From positions 673,510 through 737,509 of the forward strand of contig CAZNJU010000001.1 in the NCBI GenBank assembly GCA_964573625.1: a stretch of 64,000 nucleotides of DNA, written 5' to 3'. Numbering within the stretch: position 1 is the stretch's first letter; every line of letters starts with the position of its first letter. Of this stretch, positions 1-9,029 are shown in pieces. The stretch comes from Candidatus Woesearchaeota archaeon. Its GTDB lineage: Archaea; Nanobdellota; Nanobdellia; Pacearchaeales; GW2011-AR1. Both the position numbers and the translations under genes were made by a program. The notes beneath the pieces were generated by a model. It saw only the letters and a program-made list of their open reading frames with translations, was not told the DNA's origin and did not search any database.

Positions 1-148
1 GCTCCATACAAATCTTCCTCAGTCATATGATGTCCGTGCTGTTTTAATATGCTTTTGCTTATCATATGATAGTTAGATACATATTATCTATTTAAATCTT
101 TCTAAGGTAAATAACTACTTTTTTATAGCCCCTATTATTTAGCAATCT

Positions 149-562
149 ATGAATAAATCAATCACTGTTCAAACAACCATCAATGCCCCATTAGAGCATG
201 TTTGGAAACTTTACACCGAGCCGAAACACATCACTCAATGGAATAGCGCATCAAAGGACTGGCACACACCACGCGCGGAGAACGATCTACGGGTAGGCGG
301 CAAATTCCTATTTCGAATGGAAGCACGGGACGGCAGTCAAGGATTCGACTTTAACGGCACATACACTCAGATAAAAACAAATCAACTAATTACGTATACA
401 ATTGGAGACGGGAGAACCGTACGCGTTCAATTCACCGAACAAGATGCAAGAACAAACGTTCTCGTAACGTTCGAGCCAGAAGGTATCAATCCTCTTGAAA
501 TGCAGCGCGAGGGCTGGCAAGCGATTCTGAATAATTTTAAACGATATGTTGAACAGGCATAA
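149..562 (+). CDS. SRPBCC / AHSA1 (Aha1-like) domain protein
   Basis: 137 aa; conserved Trp-containing N-term (HVWKLYTEPKHITQW) and overall fold pattern typical of the activator-of-Hsp90-ATPase-homolog / polyketide_cyc2 family. Confidence 0.55.
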   Translation: MNKSITVQTTINAPLEHVWKLYTEPKHITQWNSASKDWHTPRAENDLRVGGKFLFRMEARDGSQGFDFNGTYTQIKTNQLITYTIGDGRTVRVQFTEQDARTNVLVTFEPEGINPLEMQREGWQAILNNFKRYVEQA

Positions 563-596
563 CTTAATTTAAATAGCCGTCTGATTTCTAGGTATC

Positions 597-758
597 ATGG
601 CATCAACACCTCCGGGCTCAAAGAAACGAAAGATGGACTACATGGTAGACCAGACGACATTCGATGAGTTCATGAAAGCATGTAGCCGAAAGGGATTTGC
701 TCCGCAGGTAATTCTAGAGCAAGCAATGAGAAAATTCATTCAAAACGGTCAGATTTAA
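597..758 (+). CDS. small 53-aa protein, possible ribbon-helix-helix-like DNA-binding protein (below ORF-track cutoff)
   Basis: Hand-translated: MASTPPGSKKRKMDYMVDQTTFDEFMKACSRKGFAPQVILEQAMRKFIQNGQI; basic N-term then predicted strand plus two helices. Confidence 0.3.
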   Translation: MASTPPGSKKRKMDYMVDQTTFDEFMKACSRKGFAPQVILEQAMRKFIQNGQI

Positions 759-766
759 GCAGATAC

Positions 767-1411
767 ATGTATCCCATAAAAGTAGACATTAAGCATTGTA
801 AGAGCATTCACGAATTGAGAAATTTTATGAGACTTAACAATATACGGTTAGTCTTATTTGCTGAAACACATGGATTTCTTAAAGAGACTCAAATTCAAAG
901 AAAGATAATTGAAAGCACAAATCCTGATTTTTTTCTCTATGAGATGCTTGAAGAAAGCCAAATTTTGAATGATCAAGAGGCTCACGCATTTCTAGATAGG
1001 CCTAACAAGGAAGATTTTTCATTTATCTCTACTTACGGAGATCTAAAGCCTACTATAAAACTAGCCAGAAGATTTAAGTTACCTATTATCGGGTGTGACG
1101 TAAAAAACATGTGCTGTGATAGCAAAAATTGGATGAATGAATCCTTTCCTAGAGGGCATTGGGGAAAAGTCACTAAAACCAGAGAAGCAAGGCAAAGCAA
1201 AATAATTAATCAGTATAGTCAAAAGGGACTGGTTTTTGCTACACTAGGAGCATATCATTTGAGAAAAGGTAGCTATGTTATAAAAAATCTAGATGAGAAA
1301 AAATTCATTCTAGTCAATCCTTTATTTAATGGAGGGGAAAAATTTCTTATCCCTAGAGATCAAAAAAAGTTAAAAGTCTCATTTAAAGTTAGATTATTCA
1401 TAAAAAAATAA
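767..1411 (+). CDS. hypothetical protein
   Basis: 214-aa ORF, no confidently recognisable motif; weak resemblance to the Tiki/ChaN haem-binding superfamily (ETHGF). Confidence 0.4.
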   Translation: MYPIKVDIKHCKSIHELRNFMRLNNIRLVLFAETHGFLKETQIQRKIIESTNPDFFLYEMLEESQILNDQEAHAFLDRPNKEDFSFISTYGDLKPTIKLARRFKLPIIGCDVKNMCCDSKNWMNESFPRGHWGKVTKTREARQSKIINQYSQKGLVFATLGAYHLRKGSYVIKNLDEKKFILVNPLFNGGEKFLIPRDQKKLKVSFKVRLFIKK

Positions 1412-1451
1412 AAAGCATAGCTCTATAAACCCTGTTTCCAGCTTATTTAAC

Positions 1452-1643
1452 ATGAAAGGCACAATAAAGTTCTTTAATGAGTCGAAGGGATTCGGCTTTA
1501 TTACAGGCGAAGATGGAAAGGAATACTTTGTTCATACAAGTAGCTTGACTTCTGGAGTTTCAATTATGAAAGGCGATTCAGTTACCTTCGAAGTAGAACA
1601 GGGAGAAAAAGGGCCTAAAGCGGTCAAGGTTTCTAAAGCTTAA
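1452..1643 (+). CDS. cspA: cold-shock domain protein (CspA family)
   Basis: MKGTIKFFNESKGFGFI... RNP-1/RNP-2 motifs of bacterial-type CSD; TATA-like CTATAAA about 25 nt upstream. Confidence 0.85.
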   Translation: MKGTIKFFNESKGFGFITGEDGKEYFVHTSSLTSGVSIMKGDSVTFEVEQGEKGPKAVKVSKA

Positions 1644-1644
1644 T

Positions 1645-2034
1645 ATGGGATTCAGAGATAGTGGTCGTGGCGGAGGATTCAACAGAGAACGTTCTGGTGG
1701 AAGCCGATTTGGTGGTGGAGGATTCGGAGGCCGCGGTGGATTCAATCGAAACAGAGAGGACAGAGGTCCACGTGAAATGTTTAACGCTACATGCAGTAAG
1801 TGTGGCAAAGAATGCCAAGTTCCATTCAGACCAACCGGAAGCAAGCCTGTTTTATGCAGTGACTGCTTTGAAAAAGAATCTCCACGTGAATCACGATCAG
1901 GTCAATCAGCAGGTATCTCCTCAGAGCAATTCAATCAGCTTAACACAAAACTTGACAAGATTATTGCAGTTCTAGAAACATTAGAAGTCATCGAAGACGA
2001 AGAAGAGCTTGATGAAGAAGAAAGCGAAGAGTAA
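1645..2034 (+). CDS. RGG/Gly-Arg-rich protein with C4 zinc ribbon (C-x2-C-x17-C-x2-C) and acidic tail
   Basis: GGFNRERSGGSRFGGGGFGGRGGFNR... GPREM..CSKCGKECQVPFRP...CSDCF; starts 1 nt after the cspA stop; paralog at 26803..27081. Confidence 0.6.
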   Translation: MGFRDSGRGGGFNRERSGGSRFGGGGFGGRGGFNRNREDRGPREMFNATCSKCGKECQVPFRPTGSKPVLCSDCFEKESPRESRSGQSAGISSEQFNQLNTKLDKIIAVLETLEVIEDEEELDEEESEE

Positions 2035-2100
2035 GAGTATAGTTCTAGTTTGATTTTCTCACAAGAAAGGTTTTATTAACTATTTCAATTAATAAGTGAT

Positions 2101-2487
2101 ATGAATAGAGTTGTCAAAAGTATTTGGGCAGTGTTTGCAGGATTTGCAGTTGTTTTTATCCTCTCTACAGCCACTGATTTTATATTAGAATCCCTCGGAA
2201 TATTTCCACCGGTAACACAAGGATTGTTCGTTACCTGGATGCTCGTTCTCGCGCTTGCGTACAGAAGCGCATACGCAGTTCTCGGCGGATACATTACTGC
2301 ACGATTGGCACCCTCTAATCCTATGAAACACACGATGACCCTTGCATGTATTGGTCTCGTATTTGCCATAGCAGGAATATTTCTCAATGAGAGCAAAAGC
2401 CTTGGACCAACATGGTATCCGATATTACTTGCAGTCCTAACAATCCCTTGTGTTTGGCTAGGCGGAAAACTACATGGTCGGAAATAA
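2101..2487 (+). CDS. hypothetical integral membrane protein (about 4 TM)
   Basis: hydrophobic segments throughout the 128-aa ORF. Confidence 0.45.
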   Translation: MNRVVKSIWAVFAGFAVVFILSTATDFILESLGIFPPVTQGLFVTWMLVLALAYRSAYAVLGGYITARLAPSNPMKHTMTLACIGLVFAIAGIFLNESKSLGPTWYPILLAVLTIPCVWLGGKLHGRK

Positions 2488-2890
2488 AAAAGTAAAAGGC
2501 TTTATCACGAACATTGAAGAAGCAACGCTGAAAAACACTGATTTTCGAAAGGTACTCTATACATCGGCACATAGTCAACTCGTACTCATGAGTCTTAAGC
2601 CTAAAGAAGAAATAGGCCTGGAAACACACGAAGACAACGACCAATTTTTTAGATTCGAGAAAGGCAACGGTACGTGTGTAATTAATGGCACTAAACATGC
2701 TATAAAAGACGGATCGGCCGTTATTGTACCAGCAGGAGCAGAGCACAACATCATTAACACCTCTTCAAGCGAAGATCTTAAGATGTACACCATATACTCG
2801 CCAGCACATCATAAAGACGGAATTGTTCGCGCTACAAAGAAAGAAGCGGAATCAAACGAAGCAGAATTCGACGGTAAAACAACAGAATAA
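2474..2890 (+). CDS. cupin-domain protein
   Basis: cupin_2-like motifs (G..E.H.....F.F..G.G and VIVPAGAEHNIIN). Confidence 0.55.
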   Translation: MVGNKKVKGFITNIEEATLKNTDFRKVLYTSAHSQLVLMSLKPKEEIGLETHEDNDQFFRFEKGNGTCVINGTKHAIKDGSAVIVPAGAEHNIINTSSSEDLKMYTIYSPAHHKDGIVRATKKEAESNEAEFDGKTTE

Positions 2891-2894
2891 TATG

Positions 2895-4100
2895 TTACAG
2901 TCTAGCAATAGATTCTACGGCCTGCACAAATCGATGTACATCTTCTTCAGTATTATAAAAATAGAATGAAGCACGTACGCTTCCAGATAATTTGTGCTTA
3001 TTGAACCATGCATGTGCACAGTGCATTCCTCCACGTACTAATATTTTTTGAGACGATAAGAGCCGCGCAACATTAAGCGAGTCCATGCCTTTGATACTGA
3101 ACGAGATAATCCCACCGCGTTTTGTCGAATCATGTGGGCCGATAATAGTAACTTTAGATATCTTATCAAGGAGAGAAGTTGCCAACGCATTGAGCTTCTG
3201 CTCATGCTTCTCAATTGTTGAGAGACCAATGCGCATCAGATATGCGCACGCTTCACCGAGCGCAATGAGTCCCGCGTAATCCTGAAGACCTGCCTCGAGT
3301 CGCATAGGTAAATCATCAAGCTCATAGGACGTTTGCGTTGTGTTGGTTACCGTACCTCCTCCGATAATAAGTGGTGCGAGTACTTCTAAGCACGTATATT
3401 TACCGTATAGCACGCCCGTGCCCGTGGGTCCGAGAAGCTTATGACCTGAAAAAGCGAGAAAATCAACGTCAAGTGCACGCACATCAATCGGCTGATGAGG
3501 CGCACTCTGTGCAGCATCTATTAGCACTTTCACGTTTTTCTTATGCGCTTTATCAATAATTTCTTTAACAGGGTTAGTAGTACCATCGACGTTAGATGTA
3601 TGAACAATTGAAACGAGTTTCACATTCTTTGAGAGTAAACCGTTAAATTCCTCAATATTGAGACCGTTCTCCGTTGTCGAACAGGTAAGGAGCTTGATCC
3701 CTTTTTCCTTAACAAGTTGTAACCACGGAAGAAGATTGGAATTATGTTCTTTATCACTTATAATGACTGCATCCCCTTTTCTCAATGCAAGTCCGTGAGC
3801 GACAAGGTTAATAGATTCAGTAGTATTTCTCGTAAAGATAATTTCCTCGGAGCGTGATGCATTGATGAACTTTCGCACCTGATCACGTGAGCGAGCGAGT
3901 GCCGCATCTACCTGTTCACCTAGAGAATGACTACTTCTACCGCCACACGCAGGGTATTTTGTATAATACTCATTAATTTTCTCAATCACGTGCTTCGGTT
4001 TGAGAGTCATGCATGCGTTATCAAGATATACGTACTTTGAGTCTGCAAGCAACTGAAAATCAGACCGGTATTTCTCTGGTTTGAATCCGAAAAGGCTCAT
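2895..4100 (-). CDS. sufS: cysteine desulfurase (class V aminotransferase, SufS/CsdA-like)
   Basis: PLP-lysine motif SGHKLLGPTGTGVLYGK; C-terminal active-site loop VRGGMHCAHAW (equivalent to RTGHHCA). Confidence 0.8.
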   Translation of the reverse strand: MSLFGFKPEKYRSDFQLLADSKYVYLDNACMTLKPKHVIEKINEYYTKYPACGGRSSHSLGEQVDAALARSRDQVRKFINASRSEEIIFTRNTTESINLVAHGLALRKGDAVIISDKEHNSNLLPWLQLVKEKGIKLLTCSTTENGLNIEEFNGLLSKNVKLVSIVHTSNVDGTTNPVKEIIDKAHKKNVKVLIDAAQSAPHQPIDVRALDVDFLAFSGHKLLGPTGTGVLYGKYTCLEVLAPLIIGGGTVTNTTQTSYELDDLPMRLEAGLQDYAGLIALGEACAYLMRIGLSTIEKHEQKLNALATSLLDKISKVTIIGPHDSTKRGGIISFSIKGMDSLNVARLLSSQKILVRGGMHCAHAWFNKHKLSGSVRASFYFYNTEEDVHRFVQAVESIARL

Positions 4101-4528
4101 GGTAGCACCGTACTATTATCACATGACCCGTTTAAAGGAGAAATTTGCGCACTTGTTGCTGGAGACGGCTTGCCAGCTAGCTCGTTAATAATACAGAACG
4201 CGCTTGAGTTAGGCCCATTACAGTTGCCATATTGGACGTAATTATATATTCCAACAGAAACAAAGTATCCGCTAACAATGAAAACAACGAGCATGATGAA
4301 GGCAATTAGCTTATAATATCTATAAAAAGTTCGAGCAATAGGAGGAGAGACGTGAATAAGCTTCCCCGTTATATCGCTTCTCAACCGTTGATCAAGACTA
4401 CTCTTGCATGGTTTGAGAAGTGCCGTTCGCCAGAGACATTCGAATGATTCCTTTGCTAATTTCCTATATTTAAGACTAAACAATCCAAGAAGTGCAAATA
4501 TGGGAAGCGCTATGAAACAAAGCACCAT
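4097..4528 (-). CDS. hypothetical membrane protein
   Basis: 143-aa ORF with 2 TM segments; 4-nt overlap with sufS suggests co-transcription. Confidence 0.35.
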   Translation of the reverse strand: MVLCFIALPIFALLGLFSLKYRKLAKESFECLWRTALLKPCKSSLDQRLRSDITGKLIHVSPPIARTFYRYYKLIAFIMLVVFIVSGYFVSVGIYNYVQYGNCNGPNSSAFCIINELAGKPSPATSAQISPLNGSCDNSTVLP

Positions 4529-4638
4529 ACCTCTACAAGGGAAAGGGCATTTTAAAGCTATTTATCCTCTCTCAATGTTTATTAATTGATTTTATCTTAT
4601 ACTACAGATAAAGGAGTAGACGAAAAACAAGGAGACAT

Positions 4639-4995
4639 ATGAAACGACCGAAAGACGTTGACGAATATATCGCTTCAATGCCTAAAGATGCACAACCAAA
4701 ATTGCGGCAACTACGAAAGGCAGTACGAGAAGCCGCACCTCGCGCTATAGAAAAAATAAGTTATGGGATGCCTTATTACGGTCACGAAGGACGTCTTGTT
4801 TATTTTCGCCTTTCAAAGAAACATATTGGCATGTATATTCCAACGCCAACAATTGAACAGCATAAAGCAGATTTGAAAGAGTACAGCACGTCAAAAGCCA
4901 CAATACGCTTCCCAATAGAGAAAGAACTTCCTATTTCTCTAATTAAGAAGCTCATTAAATCCCGCGTTGCATGGAATGAGAGAAAGCTTAAATAA
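4639..4995 (+). CDS. DUF1801 (YdhG-like) domain protein
   Basis: VDEYIASMPKDAQPKLRQLRKAVREAAPRAIEKISYGMPYY..HIGMY matches the YdhG/DUF1801 pattern. Confidence 0.65.
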   Translation: MKRPKDVDEYIASMPKDAQPKLRQLRKAVREAAPRAIEKISYGMPYYGHEGRLVYFRLSKKHIGMYIPTPTIEQHKADLKEYSTSKATIRFPIEKELPISLIKKLIKSRVAWNERKLK

Positions 4996-5257
4996 CAAAC
5001 CGCTCTCAAGTCGGTATGCAAAAGTTAGCACGATGCATTTTAGTTCTTTTTGAAACTTCTGTAGCAGTAGATTCTTTATTTTTCAAGAGATCTAAATAAA
5101 CAAGGGTCTGCATCTTGGGAATGCCTACTGCCTCAAAAGTTTTGACTATCGATTCATCTATCATAGATTGACAGGGTAATCAACTATATAGTGTTATGGG
5201 TCTACGACGTTAAAATTAAATCAAAAGTAATATAAAGAAGCATTCCGGATTATTTCC

Positions 5258-5863
5258 ATGGTCAAATCCACTTCAAAGATAACGCCCAAATATTGGTTTT
5301 ACATTGGTCTCGTTGTTTTTCTTCTCAGCAGTCTTGGAAGTGGCATAGGGACGTTCGATACAAAATATATTGGAGACAGCATGTACGGTATTGTGGATTG
5401 GCTCGCTGCATGTATCCCCTATTTCTTTTACGGAGCGCTTGCAGGATTACTTATTGATGCATACCTCTCAAAGAAACGCAAGATTATGTTCAATGTACCT
5501 CTCTGGGCGTATTACACGATTGCATTTATCATAATAAGTATAGGAGCGCTTGCAATACATCTTTCAAGCCTTGCATGGAGAGATATTATCTTGTACTTCT
5601 ACTTTCCATTCCATTATGCAATATTCTTCCCCGGGTACGCATATATGGCTTTGCCTGCCAACCCACTATCAGCAACAATCACGCTAAAGCTCACGTTAGA
5701 TATCCTTATGCTAGCCATCTTCTCAAAATGGATCTATCTTAGATTTCAAGCGATAAAGGGAAACGCATCGCGAAGACAGCAGATAATAGAAAAATATGCT
5801 CTAGGAATAATCTTTTTCGTTCTTACTGTGGGAATGTTTCTCTGTGCTAATAATCTGAACTAG
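5258..5863 (+). CDS. hypothetical polytopic membrane protein
   Basis: 201 aa, multiple TM helices. Confidence 0.4.
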   Translation: MVKSTSKITPKYWFYIGLVVFLLSSLGSGIGTFDTKYIGDSMYGIVDWLAACIPYFFYGALAGLLIDAYLSKKRKIMFNVPLWAYYTIAFIIISIGALAIHLSSLAWRDIILYFYFPFHYAIFFPGYAYMALPANPLSATITLKLTLDILMLAIFSKWIYLRFQAIKGNASRRQQIIEKYALGIIFFVLTVGMFLCANNLN

Positions 5864-6266
5864 CGGCTCGTTTCATAAAGAAATTAGAAATACTCCAAAG
5901 TCCCGGTCCTGTCAAAGAAAGAGCTAACGTAGCAATAGTCAATCCAAAGTCACGCACTCCAATCTCCGTAAACCCTATTGAGAACGTTATTCCAGCAAGA
6001 TGCATTCCCAATAGAAACGCAGCGACGCGTGAAAAAACACCGAGTGAAAGGAGCAAGGCGCAAAATAGTTCAAATGCTCCGTTAAGAAGAACAAATTTTA
6101 CCGGCTCAATAGGCACGACTGAAATAAACTGAGGAAGCCAGCCTACAAACGTCTCAGGATGGCTAAGTTGACTTATTCCAAAATAAAAAAATACAAAGGC
6201 AATCCCAAACCGAAGAATAGCTACACCTGCTTGAAAACGAGGATCTAGTTTTGTTTCTAAGGCCAT
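5847..6266 (-). CDS. DoxX-family 4-TM membrane protein
   Basis: 139 aa, 4 TM; paralogous to 24686..25081 (shared IS.SLGF..V.VRDFGL..ATLAL.L.GP..WS motif block); 10-nt overlap with upstream cyt-b5 gene. Confidence 0.55.
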   Translation of the reverse strand: MALETKLDPRFQAGVAILRFGIAFVFFYFGISQLSHPETFVGWLPQFISVVPIEPVKFVLLNGAFELFCALLLSLGVFSRVAAFLLGMHLAGITFSIGFTEIGVRDFGLTIATLALSLTGPGLWSISNFFMKRAASSDY

Positions 6267-8350
6267 GTTATTGTCGCTCCAAAGTCTCCAATATAATAGT
6301 TTCCAATCAAGTTTCGCGCAGTGCCGCTATGTGAGTGTCCACCAGCATTGCCTACAAAATAATTGGTCGACTCATTACCGCATCTGAAAAGAATAGCATT
6401 TCTACCGCCTGGATGACTATTTGTTATATATGTGCCAGGTATAGCATAGAACTTGCCAACGTTAGTAGTTAGATTAATCATAAGCCAGCAATCGTTAAGT
6501 GTGTGATGTTGTCTCAAAGTGCTTATGTTAAGAGTCACAAGGTTAGAGGATTGCACACTAAAGCTCACCGATTGACTGGAGGTCATAACATTATTAGATG
6601 AATTCTGACATCTGACATATGCAGTCATGCTAGCTCCATTAGTCAATCCTGTAATGGTGCCGCCGTGAGTCGATCCAGAAGCAGTAACCATGGTATTGCC
6701 CATAGTAGCATATGTCTGATCAGTGTTACTCCATCTGCATGTGCCCACGATGTTAGTCGTTACATTCAGAGCGGTGCTCGTTGTGCCAGAAGGGAAGGAA
6801 GCCCCATTGCCCGGATTAATAATCGTGGCAGAGATGTTTACTTGTGGTTGGTTTCCGCCCGTATTCACGACGCCAATCTTTACTGTTGAACTGGAAGTCA
6901 TAACATTATTAGATGAATTCTGACATCTGACAAACACGGTAACATTGTTTCCGTTAGTCAATCCCGTGATTGATCCACTATGAGTTGTCCCTGTAATAGT
7001 GCTTAACGTTGCACCCATACTTGAATACGTCTGATCAGTGTTACTCCATTTACACGTACATCCCAGATTTGTCGATACACTAAGAGGCACGCTGGTTGTT
7101 CCGGCAGGGAACATCGTGTCGTTAGCAGGGCTTGTGATTGTGGCGCTGATAGAAGTCATTTGTTGTACGCTAAATCTCACTGATTGACTGGAAGTCATAA
7201 CATTATTAGATGAATTCTGACATCTGACATATGCAGTCATGCTAGATCCATCAGTTAATCCACTAATCGTTCCCACATGCGAAAGCCCGTCAGAGGTAGT
7301 CAGTGAATTGCTCATAGAATCATACGTCTGATCAGTGTTACTCCATTTACACGTACCAATAATGTTCGTTCCCACGTTCAAAGAAACACTTGTAGTACCC
7401 GAGTTGAATGCCTGATTAGAGCTAGGTGAAGTAATAGTTGCGGAAATATTCGCACCGGGAGTCGTCGGAGCAGTCTCATTAGAGCAGTACGTACCAACTT
7501 TATAGGTAGCAAGCAGTGAACGGGCGGTTGATGAGTGCGTTCCTCCGGTTCCACCCTTCGTATTAAACGCGTTAGTAGCTTCAGTGCCACAATTATCTAC
7601 AATAGCTTGAATTCCTCCCGGATGGATAGAAATGTAACTTGATACATCATAGACATTCGAATCAATGAGAAGCCAGCAATTGCTCTGACTGTTATGGCTA
7701 ACAAGTGCAGATCGAGATATACAACTCGAACCACTACTCGAACTTGATTGATTACCAAAGAAAGAGTAAACTCCTTCTACAATACGAACTACACCGTTAG
7801 AATAATAGACTGTGTATGTTCTTCCATTAGATCTTACAATAAACGTATAGCTCGTGACCTCATTATTTGGCAAAGATTCCAAAGCCTGTCGCAAACTATC
7901 AGGAATATCATAGTTGTTTGCAGAATTCAACGAGAGATTTCCAAGATTAACAAGTGTCGTACCAAAGTTACCTATAAAGAAACTGTTAAGGAGGGTATGT
8001 GCATACGCGCTATGCGATCCGCGTCCACCTTTCGTGTTAAAAAGTTGGGTTGCATCGATGCCGCAAGCCTCACGTATCGTTTGCTCCCCTCCCGGGTGTA
8101 GCCGGATGTAAGAAGTGATATCATAGACTTTATTATCAATGATTGTCCAGCAGTCATTTTGACTATTATGTCTTGCTACGGTTGTAGAATCAAGGGACTG
8201 TCCGGTTGTAGTGTTAAGCAAGGTTACATTCTGACTTACAGTTGCAGAAGAATCCCAAGAATAGTAGGTAACGCTCACTACTACTAAAGCAAGAATGAAT
8301 ACTATCGTGAGCTGTTCAAGCCACCCCTCAGTCAGTTTCCGTATGTCCAT
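6257..8350 (-). CDS. membrane-anchored extracellular protein with three cytochrome-b5-like heme-binding domains and three tandem Ig-like repeats
   Basis: N-terminal signal anchor; three copies of the ...CW.IID.KVYDITSY...HPGG..I...CG.DAT..F....GG..HS.A.....IG pattern (cyt b5 family HPGG motif); three about 100-aa repeats ending in YVRCQNSSNNVMTSS. Confidence 0.7.
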   Translation of the reverse strand: MDIRKLTEGWLEQLTIVFILALVVVSVTYYSWDSSATVSQNVTLLNTTTGQSLDSTTVARHNSQNDCWTIIDNKVYDITSYIRLHPGGEQTIREACGIDATQLFNTKGGRGSHSAYAHTLLNSFFIGNFGTTLVNLGNLSLNSANNYDIPDSLRQALESLPNNEVTSYTFIVRSNGRTYTVYYSNGVVRIVEGVYSFFGNQSSSSSGSSCISRSALVSHNSQSNCWLLIDSNVYDVSSYISIHPGGIQAIVDNCGTEATNAFNTKGGTGGTHSSTARSLLATYKVGTYCSNETAPTTPGANISATITSPSSNQAFNSGTTSVSLNVGTNIIGTCKWSNTDQTYDSMSNSLTTSDGLSHVGTISGLTDGSSMTAYVRCQNSSNNVMTSSQSVRFSVQQMTSISATITSPANDTMFPAGTTSVPLSVSTNLGCTCKWSNTDQTYSSMGATLSTITGTTHSGSITGLTNGNNVTVFVRCQNSSNNVMTSSSTVKIGVVNTGGNQPQVNISATIINPGNGASFPSGTTSTALNVTTNIVGTCRWSNTDQTYATMGNTMVTASGSTHGGTITGLTNGASMTAYVRCQNSSNNVMTSSQSVSFSVQSSNLVTLNISTLRQHHTLNDCWLMINLTTNVGKFYAIPGTYITNSHPGGRNAILFRCGNESTNYFVGNAGGHSHSGTARNLIGNYYIGDFGATITWP
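6520..7450 (-). repeat. three tandem about 300-nt intragenic repeats (Ig-like domain repeats)
   Basis: near-identical DNA cores gtcataacattattagatgaattctgacatctgaca at 6582, 6896 and 7194. Confidence 0.8.
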
Positions 8351-8429
8351 GACGATTTATACACGTAGAACTCCTTTTAAAATCTATTCTTGACAAAACA
8401 TTCAAATAAGCTCTTAAATAGAGACATAG

Positions 8430-9029
8430 ATGGAGCTCATGATATTTATTTACACATTTATAGCAATTTTCGCTCTTAATTTGATACCTATTTTTGGCCC
8501 TCCTACATGGATGGTTCTTTCGTTTATTACACTCACATACGCAATTCCTTCACTCCCTCTGTTCGTAATCGTTGCGCTATGTGCTTCAGCATTAGGAAGG
8601 TCTACCCTTACCTATTTTTCAGAAAGAATTTTAAGAAATCGTTTTTTAGGTCGAAAATATCGGGAGAATGTAACTCACCTGAAAAAGCATCTTGAAAAAA
8701 AGCCCTTGACAACATCGACCATTTTCCTCTTGGAAGCATTTACACCCTTGCCTTCAGATCAACTTTTTGTAGCCTACGGTCTTACCGGACTCAAGCTCAG
8801 ATATGCTATAATTCCGTTCATCATTGGAAGAGCATTCACCTATAGTTTTTGGGTTTTTCTTGCCACAGAGACTGCAAAGCAATTAGGAGCTAGCTCGATA
8901 AGCAATTTATCCTTTCTTAGTGGACCGTTTATAGCTGCAGAGTTAGTAATTCTCTTCATAGTCTATTTATTTGTAAGAATTGACTGGGAACAGTTCATTC
9001 TACATCATACCATACGCTTTATTCACTAG
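8430..9029 (+). CDS. DedA/VTT (SNARE-associated)-like membrane protein
   Basis: 199 aa polytopic membrane protein whose proline-containing re-entrant segments resemble the DedA family; weak. Confidence 0.4.
   Translation: MELMIFIYTFIAIFALNLIPIFGPPTWMVLSFITLTYAIPSLPLFVIVALCASALGRSTLTYFSERILRNRFLGRKYRENVTHLKKHLEKKPLTTSTIFLLEAFTPLPSDQLFVAYGLTGLKLRYAIIPFIIGRAFTYSFWVFLATETAKQLGASSISNLSFLSGPFIAAELVILFIVYLFVRIDWEQFILHHTIRFIH

Noticed and set aside
1-148. Possible 3' end of a gene running off the left edge
   Set aside because: No ORF of useful length is present and no motif is recognisable, so I cannot support a call.
1578-1975. Track ORFs 1578..1844(-), 1633..1818(-) and 1661..1975(+) overlapping the RGG/Zn-ribbon gene
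   Set aside because: They are alternative-frame or antisense readings of a GC-rich, repeat-like (GGN)n coding stretch. The 1645..2034 frame has the conserved zinc ribbon and a paralog elsewhere in the window.
6520-7450. Direct repeats that could be mistaken for a CRISPR array
   Set aside because: Repeat units are about 300 nt, protein-coding and in frame (Ig-like domain repeats), with no short repeat/spacer periodicity. No CRISPR array was found anywhere in the window.
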